A DNA stretch of 64,000 nucleotides from Narcine bancroftii (Eukaryota). The notes under the pieces were generated by a model that saw nothing but the letters and a program-made list of their open reading frames with translations, searched no databases and was not told where the DNA came from. The DNA lies in the NCBI RefSeq assembly GCF_036971445.1, contig NC_091471.1:202430001-202494000 (forward strand), read 5' to 3'. Within the stretch, counting starts at the first letter, position 1. Every line of letters begins with the position of its first letter. Positions 12,613-25,511 of the stretch are shown one piece after another. Both the position numbers and the translations under genes were made by a program.

Positions 12613-13455
12613 GAGAGATCTTCCCTTTGCTCCCCTCTCTATCTTTCACAGGGACTGCTCCCTCCAAGACTCCCTTGTCCACTATCCCTTCCCGCTAATT
12701 GTCCCCTTGGCATCTACTCCTGTAACTGCAGTAAGTGCCACACTCGTGGCCACACATCGCCACCATCCAGGATCCTAAACAGTTCTTCCAAATAAAGCAA
12801 CACTTCAATTGTGAATCTGTGGGAGTCATTGACTGCATCCCGTGTTCCCAATGTGGCCTTCTCTACTTTGGAAAGATTAGATGCAGACGGGGAGATCATT
12901 TCACTGAGCACCTTCCCTCTGTCCACAGCAGGGGAGAAGATCTCCCAGTAGCCAACCATTTCAATTCTGTGCCCACCTGCTCCCCGGCATGTCTGTCCAT
13001 GGTCTCAGGGTCTGTCCCACCAAGACCACCTATAAATTGGAGGAGCAACACTTAATAATCCATCTGGGCACTCTCCAACGGCATTGCCTTGAAATCAACC
13101 TCTCTGGTTTCCATTAGGCCACTCCCCTATCTCCCTCTATTCCCTATCCCTCTGTCTCCTATTCTCCAGCTCTCTACCCCCATTCCTTCTCCATTCAGAT
13201 AGCTATCCCCTCCCCATCACTTCTCAGGTCTTTTTTTCTCCCACCCTTATATACTTATGACCTTTTTCCTGTGACCCTGTGGTCCTCCTCCTGCCCCTCC
13301 CTGCCACCATTTTATTCAGGTGCCTGTCTGCTTTCTGCTCATACAATGACAAAGGCTTCAGCCCCAAAACATTGGTTATGTATCTTTATCTTTGCTTCAT
13401 AAAGAATGCTGTGGGACTTGCTGAACTTTTTTAGCATTTTTATGTACACTACAAT
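12613..13455 (+). mobile_element. Penelope-like element fragment (GIY-YIG plus terminal repeat)
   Basis: ORF 12735..13055 reads IQDPKQFFQIKQHFNCESVGVIDCIPCSQCGLLYFG...RRGDHFTEHL..V...DLPVANHFNS. Decayed terminal core at ~13343-13372. Confidence 0.85.
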
Positions 13456-13464
13456 CATGGGTCT

Positions 13465-14513
13465 ATAGATTTTCTTGTTTAGCTGGATTCAGAATTGGCT
13501 TGCCTGTAGAAAGCAGATGGTAGTAGTAGATAGGAAGTATTCTGCATGGAGGTCGGTGACTAATGGAATTCCGCAGGGATCTGTTCTGGGACCCCTGCTC
13601 TTTGTGATTTTTATAAATGAAATGGAGGAAGAAATAGAGGGATGGGTCAGTCAGTTTAAAGATGATATGAAGGTTGGAGATGCTGTGGATAGTGTAGAAA
13701 GTTGTCATATACAACAGGATATAGGCAAGATGAAGAGTTGGGTGGAAAAGTGGCAGATGGAGTTAAATCTGGGTAAGTGTGAAGTGATGCATTTTGGAAG
13801 GGAAAACTTGAAGGCTGAGTACATGATTAATAGCAGAATTTTTAAAACTGTATTAGAAAAGAGGGACCTTGGGCTCCAAATCCATAGATCTCTCAAGGTT
13901 GCTGCTATGGTTAATAAGGTAATTAAGAAGGCTTATGGTATGCTACCCTTCGTTATTCAGGGGATTAAGTTCAAGAGTCATGAGGTAATGTTGCTGCTCT
14001 ATAAAACTCTGGAACATTGTGTTCAGTTCCGGTCGATTCATTACAGGAAGGAAGTGGAAACTGTGGAGAGGATGCACAGGAGATTTACCAGGAAGATGCC
14101 TAGATTGGAGAATTTATCTTATGAGGGATGCTTTTGGGGTTAAAAAGGATGAGAGGGGACTTATTATGTCTACAAGGTTATGAGTGATCAGCCAACACCA
14201 TTCTATTGGGGTGAGAGTAGCAAACACCTTACAAAGTGAGGGGAGGAAAGTCTAGGAGAGATGCTATGGGGATTTCTTTTATATAAAGAGAGTTGTGGGT
14301 GCCTGGAATAGATTAACAAGGATGGTGGTGGAGGCTGGTACAAAAGGGACATTTAAAATCCTCTTGGACTGGCACATGGATGCAGTAACATTAGGGTTAA
14401 GGGTATGAGATAGGGAAGGTTTAGTTTGTTCATTTGGTTAGATTGATCAACATAACATTGAGGGCAGAAGGGTCTATAGCATGCTGTTATTTTCAATTTT
14501 CTATGTTCTAAGT
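13465..14513 (+). mobile_element. CR1 LINE, RT domain to 3' tail
   Basis: ORF 13475..14143 reads WIQNWL..RKQ.V...V.NGIPQGSVLGPLLFVIFIN...F.DD.K...W.EKWQM..N..KC.VMHFG; tail ttctatgttcta. Confidence 0.9.
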
Positions 14514-15526
14514 TGTGATACTACAGATCTATCACCAATGTACATAGTGTATATAGTTACTGTATCTAGACTGTGCTTACAGCGATTGGCTGAGAGCTAA
14601 GCCACACCTATTGTTTGGGCCTTAAAGGGTTGTGTCCCTAGCCAGGTCGGATCATTCCGGACTGGTCGGCCACCTGTGAAGAGCTCCGGTCTTTTGCTAA
14701 TAAAAGCCTTGGTTTGGATCAACAAGTCTTTGGTTCTTTCGACGAGCTCTACAATTTTATTAGCAAAAAGAATTTTGTTTGAAAGGGATGGAGCGTTTAA
14801 CTCGGCCAGAAAAACTTGATATCGACCCACAGTCAGCTACAGCCTTCAAAGCCTTTAACTTCTGGCTGCTGAACTTTGAAAACTTCCTGAGATTCATTCA
14901 GGTAGAGGAGGATAACCAGCGTCTAACAGCATTGCTGTCTATGGTGTCCTTGAGAGTCTACGAGAACATCCAGGATGAGACCACTTACACCGCAGCTATA
15001 AAGGTACTGAAAGGACTGTATGATCAACCGGTGAACAGAGTTCATGCCCGGCTCGTGCTTGCGTCGAGGAAGCAACAGCCCGGTGAGTCCAGCAGGGCAT
15101 ATTTACAAGTATTAAAGGCATTGGGCAAGGACTGTAACTGTGTGGACAAAACTGCTGCCGAGATCACAAACGATCTCGTCCGGGATGCCTATGTGGCTGG
15201 GCTCAGATCGAATGAAGTGAGGCTGCGCTTGCTCGAACAAGGGGTAGAAAAACTAGAGGACGTGGCCCAGATTGCAATCACAATGGAGGATGCAGCCTTA
15301 AAGTCCACCGAGCTCTCTAGGGACTGGACCCCTCGTTCTGATGTGAGTAGAGTGCCCTTCTACCCTACCCCTGACGACCTGTCGGCTGCTGCTACCCTGC
15401 CCCCTGCGAACCCAAAATGTTATTTCTGCGGGAGGGACAAGCACAGCAGGTCCCAGTGCCCAGCAAGAAAAGCCAGGTGCCAGAAGTGCCTTAAAAACGG
15501 ACACTTTGCTGCAGTCTGTAGGTCTA
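14514..15526 (+). mobile_element. Truncated Gypsy LTR retrotransposon: 5' LTR (14514-14753) plus gag, flanked by an 83-bp direct duplication
   Basis: LTR is TG...CA with AATAAA and is homologous to the solo LTR at 33567. Gag follows. 14431-14513 is identical to 15527-15609. Confidence 0.9.
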
Positions 15527-15537
15527 CATTTGGTTAG
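14788..15537 (+). CDS. gag: Gypsy Gag (truncated after two CCHC zinc knuckles)
   Basis: Uninterrupted ORF MERLTRPEKLDIDP...RKQQPGES...LVRDAYVAGL...CYFCGRDKHSRSQC...CQKCLKNGHFAAVC. The last codons come from flanking DNA. Confidence 0.88.
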   Translation: MERLTRPEKLDIDPQSATAFKAFNFWLLNFENFLRFIQVEEDNQRLTALLSMVSLRVYENIQDETTYTAAIKVLKGLYDQPVNRVHARLVLASRKQQPGESSRAYLQVLKALGKDCNCVDKTAAEITNDLVRDAYVAGLRSNEVRLRLLEQGVEKLEDVAQIAITMEDAALKSTELSRDWTPRSDVSRVPFYPTPDDLSAAATLPPANPKCYFCGRDKHSRSQCPARKARCQKCLKNGHFAAVCRSTFG

Positions 15538-15824
15538 ATTGATCAACATAACATTGAGGGCAGAAGGGTCTATAGCATGCTGTTATTTTCAATTTTCTAT
15601 GTTCTAAGTAAAGAGAAAATCTATAAAGAATCTACTACAAACCATATAATGCATATAAACACTCACACAAGTAGTTCAGATGAGTTGCACCAGCCAGGCA
15701 CATTAAAATGAGGTTCCAGCAGTTGAAAAATGCTAATTTTGTTGATGATCCTTCTTCACTAGAGGTAGCAAAAAAAAATAGCACCCATGTGGCCTTTCAA
15801 GCTTACTCAATATCACAAATAATC

Positions 15825-15928
15825 CAAGTAAAAACACAGACGTGCTGGAAGAGCAGAAGGTTACAGAGCGCCCATAGGAGGTAAAAATATATAACTGATA
15901 TTTCAGGCCTGAGCCCTTCTTCAAGGAA
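15825..15928 (-). mobile_element. Solitary Penelope-type terminal repeat with hammerhead-like core
   Basis: Reverse complement reads ccttgaagaagggctcaggcctgaaatatc..., matching the 681 motif. Confidence 0.7.
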
Positions 15929-15929
15929 T

Positions 15930-18900
15930 GCCATCACACCAAGGCGGCAGGAGGAAGATAGCTGGGCGACAGACAGGAGAGGGAAAGTAGATAGACAGGC
16001 AGCACAGGGCAGCCCTGTGGCCATTCCTCTCAGCAATAAGTATATTCTTCTGGATATGGCTGAGGGGAATAACCTATGTGGGCCAGGCTTCAGCCAGACC
16101 AATAGCACCATTGTTGGCTCAAAGCCTCAGAAGAGAAGAATGAAGTCAAGTAGAGCAATAGACAAAGGGGACTCGATAGAGAAACAGAGAGGGAATCGGC
16201 AGCCGAAAAGAGACTCCTGGATAGTGTGTTGGGTCCACGATATCTTTGAGCTGGTGTAGTTTATTCTTAAGGGAGAGGGTGAGCAGCCAGAGTTCATGGT
16301 ACATATTGGTACCAATAACATAGGCAGGAGTGTCATAGAGGTCCTGCAAAGGAAGTTTAAGAAGTTAGGAAAAAGGCTGAAGAGCAGGACCTCCAAGTTG
16401 GTAATCTCTGGACTACTCCCGATGCCACGAGATAGGGAAGGACGGAACAGGAAGATAGTGCAGACAAATGTGTGGCAGAAGAGATGGTGACGGGGGCAGG
16501 ATTTCAAGTTCTTGGATCATTTGAACATTTTCTGGGAAAAGGGTGACCTGTTCAAATGAAATAAGTGGCAGCTGAATTAGAGAGGAACTAATATACTGGA
16601 TATACTGGCAGGAAGGTTTGCTAATGTTGTTGTGGTGGGGGGGTTTAAACTAGATTCGCAGGATGGCGGGAATCAAAGTGAAGAGCCAGAGGAAGAAGCA
16701 GTTGGCACATAAATAGGGAGAGCTGGCAGGGAGATTGTGTGGAAGGACAGACAGAGAAAGCAAAATTGCAGTCTTGGAGAAGAGTTGCAATACAACAGGG
16801 ACACAGAGTCAAAAGTAACAAATAAAAGGCTAATAGCTTTGTATTTATATGCAAGCAGCATAAGAAGTAAAGTGGATGAGGGATTTTAATGGGAAAGTAA
16901 ATTGGAAAAGTCAGGTTGGTACGGGATGTCAGGAGAGAGAGTTTATGGAATGCCTATGGGATGGATTTTTGGACCAGCTTGTTGATGAGCCCACCAGGGG
17001 ATCGGCTGTTTGGGATTGGGTGCTGTGTAACGAACCAGAGGTGATTAGAGAGCTTAAGGTTACGGAACCCTCAGGAGGCAGTGATCAGAATATGACTATG
17101 TTCACCTTGGAATTTCAAAAGGAGAGGCTAGAATCTGATGTGTCAGGATTTCAGTGGAGTTAAGGAAATTACAGTTGCATGAGAGAGGAACAAACCAAAT
17201 TCAATTGGAAAAGCACACAAAAGACAAAGACCACAAATCAGCAATGGCCGCCGTTTCCGCGAGAAATGAGAAAAGTGCAGGACAGGCACAAACCAAAAAG
17301 AAAGAAATATGTGAATGGAAAAACAAGACAATTGTGGCTGATGAAGGAAGTTAAAGCCAAAGTAAAAGCAAAAGCAAAAGAGAGGGCACACAAGGAACCA
17401 AAAATAAATGGGAAGGTCGAGGACTGGGAAATATTAAAAAACTTAGAAAAAAAAAACTAAGCACGAGATTCAAAAGGAAAATATGAAAGGAGGTTAGCAA
17501 GGAATATCTAAGAGGATACTAAAAGCTTTTTCAAATATATAAAGAGTAAAAGAGTGACCAAAGCAGATATAGAACCAATAGAAAATGTCACTGGAGAAAT
17601 TGTAATGGGAGACAATGCAGAGGAACTGAATGAATATTTTGGATCAGTCTTCACTGTACTATAGAAGACATCAGTAGCATATGGGTCTCTCAGGGTGAGT
17701 CATGATCATGAAAGAGAAGGTACTTGGGAAGCTAAATGGTCTAAGGGTAGCTAAGTCTCACAGTCTGGATGGATTGTACCCTCAGGTTCTGAAAGCGGCA
17801 GCTGTAGAGATTGTGTAGGCATTGGTAATGATCTTCCAGGAACCAAAGGATTCTGGCATAGTTCCGATGAACTGAAGGATCATGAATGTCACTGAGCAGT
17901 TTAAGAAAGGAGCGAGGCAGCAGAAAAGAAATTATAGACCTGTTAGCCTGACATCTCTGGTTGGGATGTTGTTCAAGTCAATTGTCATGGATGACATTAT
18001 GGAATACCTGGAGATTCATGAATAGATAGTCCAAAGTCAGCAATGTCAAAGGGATTTTAATTCAGATGTGTGAGATGCTGCACTTAGTTAAGTCAATCAA
18101 GGCAGTATATATATACAATGTAAATGGTACGGCGTATAGGTGCTTAGTTTCCTCAAAGAGGCAACCCTGGCAGACAAGGTGCTGAAGAAGATCCTTAGCG
18201 CATTTGCCATCATTAATCAGGGCTTTCCATCTAGGAGTTGGGACAAAACATGTGATCTTGGCAAGTCCACATTTGGTTTATTAATTTGGAATTTAATTTT
18301 GAGTAACAGCATGGTAGCAAGCCCTTCCAACCCATGATCCTGTGCCACCCAAACACACCCATGTGACTAATTAATCTACTAATCCCATATGCCTTTAGAG
18401 GAACCTGGTGCACATGAAGAAAATCCTTGCAGACATGGGAAAAATGCACAAACACCTTACAGACAGCAGCAGATTCAAACTTGGGTCACTAGCGCTGTTT
18501 AAATCACTATGCTAACCCTGCCGCTCAATTATTGTCTGCAATTCAGTTATTGGAAGGATGTCATTGAGCTAGAAAGAATATAAAATAAATTCACAAGGTT
18601 AGTACCAGGATTGAAGGGTTTGAGTTATAACAAGATACTGGATAGACCAAGATTTTTATTCCTGGAGTATATGAGGCTAAGAATTACCCTAAAAGGGATG
18701 TAAAATCATAAGGGCTATAAATAAAATGAAAGGTGAATATCTCTTCCAAGGGTAGGGAATAGGCCTAAAGTGATAGGGGAAATATTTAAAAGGAACCCAA
18801 GGGGGACCTTCTTCACACAGAGGGTGGTGCATATGTGGAATGAGCTGCCAGAAGAAGTGGACAAGAAAGTACAACAATTAAAAGATATTTGGACAAGAAG

Positions 18901-19012
18901 ATAGAGAGAGGAGCTTTAATAAGATATGAGCCAAATGCAGGCAATGGGCAAGGACAAGTTGGGCTGAGTGACCTGTTTCTGTGCTGCGTAGCTCTATTAC
19001 ATTCTATGTCTC
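15930..19012 (+). mobile_element. Internally deleted CR1 LINE: ORF1 SGNH/GDSL esterase remnant plus ORF2 remnants and 3' tail
   Basis: IPLSNKY..LD, GDSI and VHIGTNNIG...LKSRTSKLVISGLLP (ORF1). DFN...W...F.ECL.DGFLDQ.V.EPTR..A..D.VLCN (endonuclease). Tail ttctatgtctct. Confidence 0.88.
18288..18525 (-). mobile_element. tRNA-derived SINE nested in CR1
   Basis: Reverse-complement SINE with B box (agattcaaacttgggtc) and body. Confidence 0.75.
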
Positions 19013-19134
19013 TATTCACAGGTTGCCAGTTTAAAAATATATTTTATTCCCAGTCTCTAGTAAATAAGTTAAATAGAGTTAAACAAGTTAAACAGGAGTT
19101 CAACAAGAGATAAACAAGTTTAACAGTCATAGCA

Positions 19135-19228
19135 GATACTTGATGAAGGGCCCAAGCCAAATACATTGGTCATCCTTTGCTATGGATGCTGTATGAACTG
19201 CAGAGCTTCTCCACTGCTTTTGTGTTCC
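19135..19228 (+). mobile_element. Solitary Penelope-type terminal repeat
   Basis: cttgatgaagggcccaagccaaatacattgg...gagcttctccactgcttttgtg matches the other termini. Confidence 0.6.
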
Positions 19229-21012
19229 CCGTCTCCAGGTTGGGTTCAGCTGGATTTAAACAGTAAATGGCACTCACCAACCATGTTCTCCATCCATCCA
19301 CACTTACCTGAGCCAGATGCAGCAGGCCAAGCAAGCTGACCTCCCCTACCCTTCATCAATCACTCACTGCCCATCTAGGGAGAGTCCAATCAAGTATAAC
19401 AAGAATCTTAGCAGCAAGTAGTTGATAGGTGGGACCAGATCAGGCTACCCCCCCAACAGCTATTGGCTGGGTCAAAGCTGGAGACGAAGCCATACCCAAT
19501 AAGCATTACTCTGATGTCCAGCGCTCTTCAAATGATTAAGATTTCTGAAAATAACTTTTACAAATAAAAATCATTATTACATGAGTGCATGATATATCCT
19601 GGCCCAACAATCAATTAGCCTGTGCGAGAGTGATGTCGAGTCTGGGTAAATTTGATACTTATTGAATTGGGAGCAGCTGAACATGATGAATTTTACTCCT
19701 CACCCTCTGTTAACCAATTCCCTATTCAAGCCAATGTATGATTCTCAGTCTTATTACATCACCTTAATCAATAAACTTTTACATGGCGTCTTATCAAGTT
19801 CCTTTTGGAAATCAAATCATACTACACCAATATTTTATCTCACTTACAGCTACCATGTTAATTATTTCCTGGTAGATACGTTGAAAATCAATCAACCTCG
19901 ATAAAATTATATGACTCTGCCCGAAGTAACAAGTTATCAATGCTAATTGGCAATGCTTTGGCACCATTCTTTCTGAGAAGCTGTTGGTCCATCGAGCTCT
20001 TTACAGGTGCAAGAGTGTATCCAGAGTAACAGATCCTTTGTCTGGGATTCTAATTTAACACATTCGGCAGAGAATATCTCCCTGATGGGAATCAGACACT
20101 CATTTGTCTTGGTTCTCAGGTAGGCACTGTGGAAAAGCTTTCCATTGATCTGGTGTTTAAATATACATAGTCTCCAGATGCTCTTCATCTGAATCTGGTG
20201 GTAGTGGTGAGAAGTATCTATTCTGTGTCATTTTCTAAGACTTTCCCAAGTGTCCTGTTATCATTTTAATGATAAATAATCCAACACCACCCCTGTTATA
20301 GATGGTAGACTAATTAGCTTGTAGTTTCCTTTTTTTTTCCTGAAATGTTACATTCACCATCCTTCTACATGCTGGGATCTTCCCAGGATCTATGAAAGAA
20401 GGCAACCAGTGCTTTAATGATCTCTCTACTGAATTTGTCATACATTATCCCCAACTATTAGACTGTTATTTTTACTTCTGTGACAGGAAATTGTTTACAT
20501 TTTGCTATTTGTTTTACTGCAATTAATATTTGCTATTTTTGGAATTTTCAATGTCTTGAAATCATTATGCAACACAAAATTCCTGTATTAAATTGTGAAA
20601 AGTGAAAAGACTGATGTCTATGAAACCAAGCCAATATATATTTATATGTCTTTATTAATGTTGTATTTATGAACAAGGATTTTTCAGCCTTAAAATATTA
20701 ATACCAATCTAGAATTATAGCTAATAATGGTAAATATTAATGGTTTATTCATAGTTAAAATTTTCTGTAGATTGTAATAATTTTCAGTTTAAGTTAATTC
20801 ACGTATGTCAATCATTATCTTAAAAAAATATTTGGTTTGAATTAAAGGAGACAAATTAGTAGTCATTTATGTATTTCAGTGGTAAATGAAAACATGCACA
20901 TATTTGGAAAGAATGGGCCACCGACCTCATTTTGCAGATTTAAGATGATTGTGATGGTAAAGTTACTTAACAATCAAACGACTATTTTTTCTTTGTATTC
21001 ACATAACTGTTT

Positions 21013-21454
21013 TGTTCAATAATAATTGAGAGGTTCAAAGAGAATCAAGGCTGGACAGGTATTATGAACAAACTGGACTTTATTTACACACAAGGGAATT
21101 CGCAAAAGGCCACAAACTAATAGACTAATGTGCATGGCACACAGGCACAGTATACAGAGAAACAAGGGTTTAACTTGTTCAGTACCCACCACCCACAGGC
21201 ATGGTACACCAGGAAACAAGTACATACACATAAACCTGGTCTCATTGTAGCCCCTGCTTGAGAGCCAGGACAAGTCCATTGCAGTCAGCACTCTGGAGTT
21301 GCCTGCAGCCTGGATTTTGGGGATGGTTTGAAAACATCAGCAAAGAAAGAGAGAGAAAGACGGAGACTGCGCATACTCTTTCAATGCAAGACCCATCCAC
21401 GTCAGATGCCAGGGCCAGTTTACGCATCAGCCTCACGGATACGCAGATGTAACA
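21013..21454 (-). mobile_element. Probable solo LTR (boundaries uncertain)
   Basis: TGTT...AACA ends, minus-strand AATAAA at ~21079-21084 and local CpG enrichment. No TSD confirmed. Confidence 0.4.
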
Positions 21455-22254
21455 TATGATATGATGTTAGACCTGATATGATATGACCTCTGACTTGGCC
21501 CCAGCCAAAGAGGTCACATAATCCTCCACAATCCACATTAGAATAACCACTAACTTGAGCCCATTACCTTTAATAAGGAGGGATAAACCTTGATCTGACT
21601 TATTCATCTACTCACATAAATACTCTAAATCTGAAGTCTATTGCATTTATGCCTTTTTGGGATTTTCAAAGTTCCAGTGCCCAAATTATTGCATTTTAAA
21701 GGAAGTACTTTGAGTGAAGCAGGAGTTACTCTCTCAAAATCAAATGTAAAAATAGATTGCAGTTTTTGTCTGGGGACATTTTTATAACATATTGGAGTGA
21801 TTAATTTCCAGTTCAAAACAACCCTTCATAATTAAAATGCAAGAAACTGATATAAAATGATAAACTCTGATATTGAATATATTTTATGATAGGAAGTATA
21901 TCATCAAAATTATTGTGGGTATGCTTTCTGTACTTATATCAAATTCCTCAACTTTATTTTAAACATGTTATTATCTTTTGTAGAATAACATATAAAGGGA
22001 TTTGAAAAGAGTTTATATCATAGTATTGCAAATACTGGTTTCTGTATTTTTGCCTTGAGGCCATTTGTTAAATTGAACCTATGGTTCTCTGGTGGTAACT
22101 TTTACGATGATAAACTACTTGGTGATTAAAAAGCAAACTAGTTGCAGATGTAATCAAACTTAGGGTACCTCCATAATCTAATTCAGTTAATGAACCTTCC
22201 CAAACATAACTACACTTTGGAATATTGAGCTATGTTAGAGAAGGCCATGTGCTA

Positions 22255-23033
22255 CAGTAAAATCCCCATTATCCAGAATTCAACCAACTGGAACTCAAAC
22301 AACTGGCAAAAACAATTGTAGAAATAAATAAATAAATAAATTGCAAACAAATAAGACTAGGCGGATGCAGCTCATGGGAGAGCATTGAGATTTTGTTGGA
22401 CACATGCAAGTTTTCCCCCTGAATTAGCAATGCCTCTCAATGTCATTGTCGCCACTCTTGATTTCAGCGTGAGGAAGGTGAACTGAGAGCCTTACAAAGA
22501 CACTTGTGTGGAGGTGAGTCAAGTTATCAGCATGAGGAAGATGTGCCTAGGGCAGAACTGGGACATCTGCGTGGAGGTGAGTCAGGTGGCATTTAGGATC
22601 TGACTGGGACACCAGGATGCCGCTCGCCACTTGGGTGACTCTCTCAAAGTGTCTCCCTATCCCTGCCTAATAAGAATCATTATTTTTTTTATTAGCATTA
22701 GGAATGTTAATAAAGCTATCTCTGCAAACTTGTGGAAGGGAGTTAATTATGATGGTGGTATAGTTAGCGCAACACTGTTATCTGGGTTCAAATTTAAATT
22801 TTGTAAGTTAAGGGAATTACTTGATTCAAGTGAACTTTATATAATTAAAGACTACAAAACTGATTTTTTTTTCAAATTACATTTTGCACTGTCATCTGTC
22901 TTTTATATATCTACACTGTATATTCTTAATGTAGATGTATTAGGCACTGGAAGAGTGTGTCTCAGTCAACCGGAAAATTCACATTACCAGAATCCATGAT
23001 CCCCTTAGGTGCCAGATAATGAGGATTTTACTG
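22255..23033. mobile_element. Non-autonomous Tc1/mariner-pogo(Tigger)-type DNA transposon
   Basis: TIRs cagtaaaatccccattatc / gataatgaggattttactg, flanked by TA on both sides. Confidence 0.8.
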
Positions 23034-25511
23034 TATTTTGATCATGCATCTTTCAATTTATTCCCACATACTTATATGAACTTGGTTTGATTGATCAAAG
23101 CATATCTTGATATTTGAATGCAGTACTAAGGGAAGATTCTGCTGCTAAAGTTGCATCTTTATCTGACTTGTGAAACATGAGATCTTCTTGGCCTGTTTGA
23201 CCAGTTCAAATAATTTGAAGAATTGTAGGTAACTTCATGAAAGAGATAAACTTGATAGATGTGTGGAGGTGGATGCATCCAAAGGAGAGAGATTATTCTT
23301 TCTACTCAAGACAGCATGACCCCCTACTCTATAATAATTTTTTTTCCTGGCATCATCCCACATGGAAGATAGGATCATAGATACTGAGTACAAAGCAAGA
23401 CTTTTGTCAGACCATTCTCCCCTGACTTTAATCATTGCAATGCCAGATAAACAAGAGCTGGTGTATAGATGGTGCACTAATACACTGTTATTGAAAAAAA
23501 ACATAATTTTGTAGCTTTGATAGGGCACACATAGACATATTCTGTGAGGCCAACTGTCCTTCCACTCAGGATAAATTTCTACTTTGGGATTCTATTAAGG
23601 CATACTTAAGAATTCAAATGATTGGGTACACTAAAACAGTTTTAAAAAAAGAATATATGAGGGAGGTAGAAGAATTGGAAAAAGAGATTACATGACCAGA
23701 AAATAATTTCCAAAAATTGGGTTCTCAAGAACAATTTAGGGCTCTGACAAATAAAAAAATAAAATTTAATAGGCATCAGACAAATCGTTTAGAAAAGGCC
23801 ATAATGAGGTCAAATAAAAATATTATGAATTAGGGGAAAGAGCCCATAAAGTGCTCTCCTGGCAGCTGAGGGCAGAACAAGCCTCAAGAACAATCAATAA
23901 GGTGCAACCGGGAATGACAGGATCTCATACAAGCTGAAAGAGATCAATTAGGCATTTCGATGATTTTATGAAAATTTATATAAATCAGAATCAAAAGGGT
24001 AGCCAGATAAAATTAACAAGTTCCTGTCAAAATTAGAATTACCAAATTTAGACCTGGAAGAACAGGAAGGGATAAATGTTCCTTTCACTGAGGAAGAAAT
24101 AGCAAAAGCATTGAGTTTATTACAAGCTAACAAATCTCAGGGGAGGATGGGTTCCAGCCTGAGTTCTACAAGGAATTTTAAAGACTTGTTGTTTCCTCCT
24201 TTTATGGAAGTGATAGACCAGGCAGTTGAAACCTCTACCCTTCCAGAATCCTTTTCACCAGCGATAATTACAGTGATTCCTAAAAAAAACAGGGATCTAT
24301 TGAAACTGTCATCTGATAGACAAATTTCACTATTGAACGCAGACTATAAGATACTTTCCAAAGCCGTGGCAAATAGATTGGCAAAACATTTGCTGAAACT
24401 AATGAATATGGACCAAATGGGCTTTGTGCAAAAGAGGCAAGCCTCAGACAACATCAATAAGCTACTGAATATAATACATCTGGCTCAGTCAAGGGTTGAC
24501 AAAAGTATAGCAGTATCCCTAGATGCAGAGAAAGCATTTGACAGGTTAGAGTGGGACTTTTTATTCAAACTCCTGGAAAAATGGGAACTGAGACCAACTT
24601 TCATAAATTGGATAAGGGCACCATATCAAGCACCCAAGGCTAAAGTTGTGGTCAATGGACAAATTTCTCCAGCTTTCCCAATTTCTATTTTATTTTAACT
24701 ATTGAACCATTGGCTGAGGCTATTTGGTAGGATCCAGACATTAAGGGATTTAGGGTGGGCCAGGAAGAGCACAAAATCAATTTATAAGCAGATGACATGC
24801 TGGTATATCTGACAGACCCAGCAAACTCACTGGTTAAACTGTACTCTATTCTGGAAGATTATAGGGAGGTTTCTGAATATAAGATTAATTGGGATAAAAG
24901 TGAGATTATGCCACTTACTAAAGGGGATTACCAACAGAATAGTTAACTGAAGTGGCCACAAAATGGGATTAAATACCTAAGAGTTAGACTAGACAACAAC
25001 TTGAATAATTTATATGTTGATTACAACCCCCTTGCTTAGAAAGACTGAGGAAGATTTGAATAGTTAATGGCCTCACCTATCACCCTGGTAGGCAGAGTCA
25101 ATTGTGTTAAGATGAACATGTTGACGAGATTGCAATATCTCTTCTGGACTTTGTCTGTGGTATTGCCCCGAGGATTCTTTTAAAACTGACACTCACATAT
25201 TAGAAGATTTCTTTGGAATGGTAAGGTAGCTAGTGTCTCCATGGAGAAATTAACATGGAACTACAGTTTGGGTGGTTTACAATTATCAGACTTTAAAAAA
25301 TACCATTGGACAGCCTAGTCAAGGTATATCACCTTTCTATTTGAGGGGGAGTGTATACCATCTTGGGCACAAATTGGTCTGCACACAGTGGATAGGAGCA
25401 AAAGTGGGACTGTCTCCAAAAACACCCATGACTCCAAATAAGTTAATCACATTGAAAGTAGATAACAAGATCCTGGACACCTTGAGCAGGGGCAACTAAG
25501 GTCATTTGAAC

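Noticed and set aside
16296-16490. Host GDSL/SGNH lipase exon
   Set aside because: It sits in the ORF1 position of a CR1 element, where an esterase domain is an established feature, and it is disrupted.
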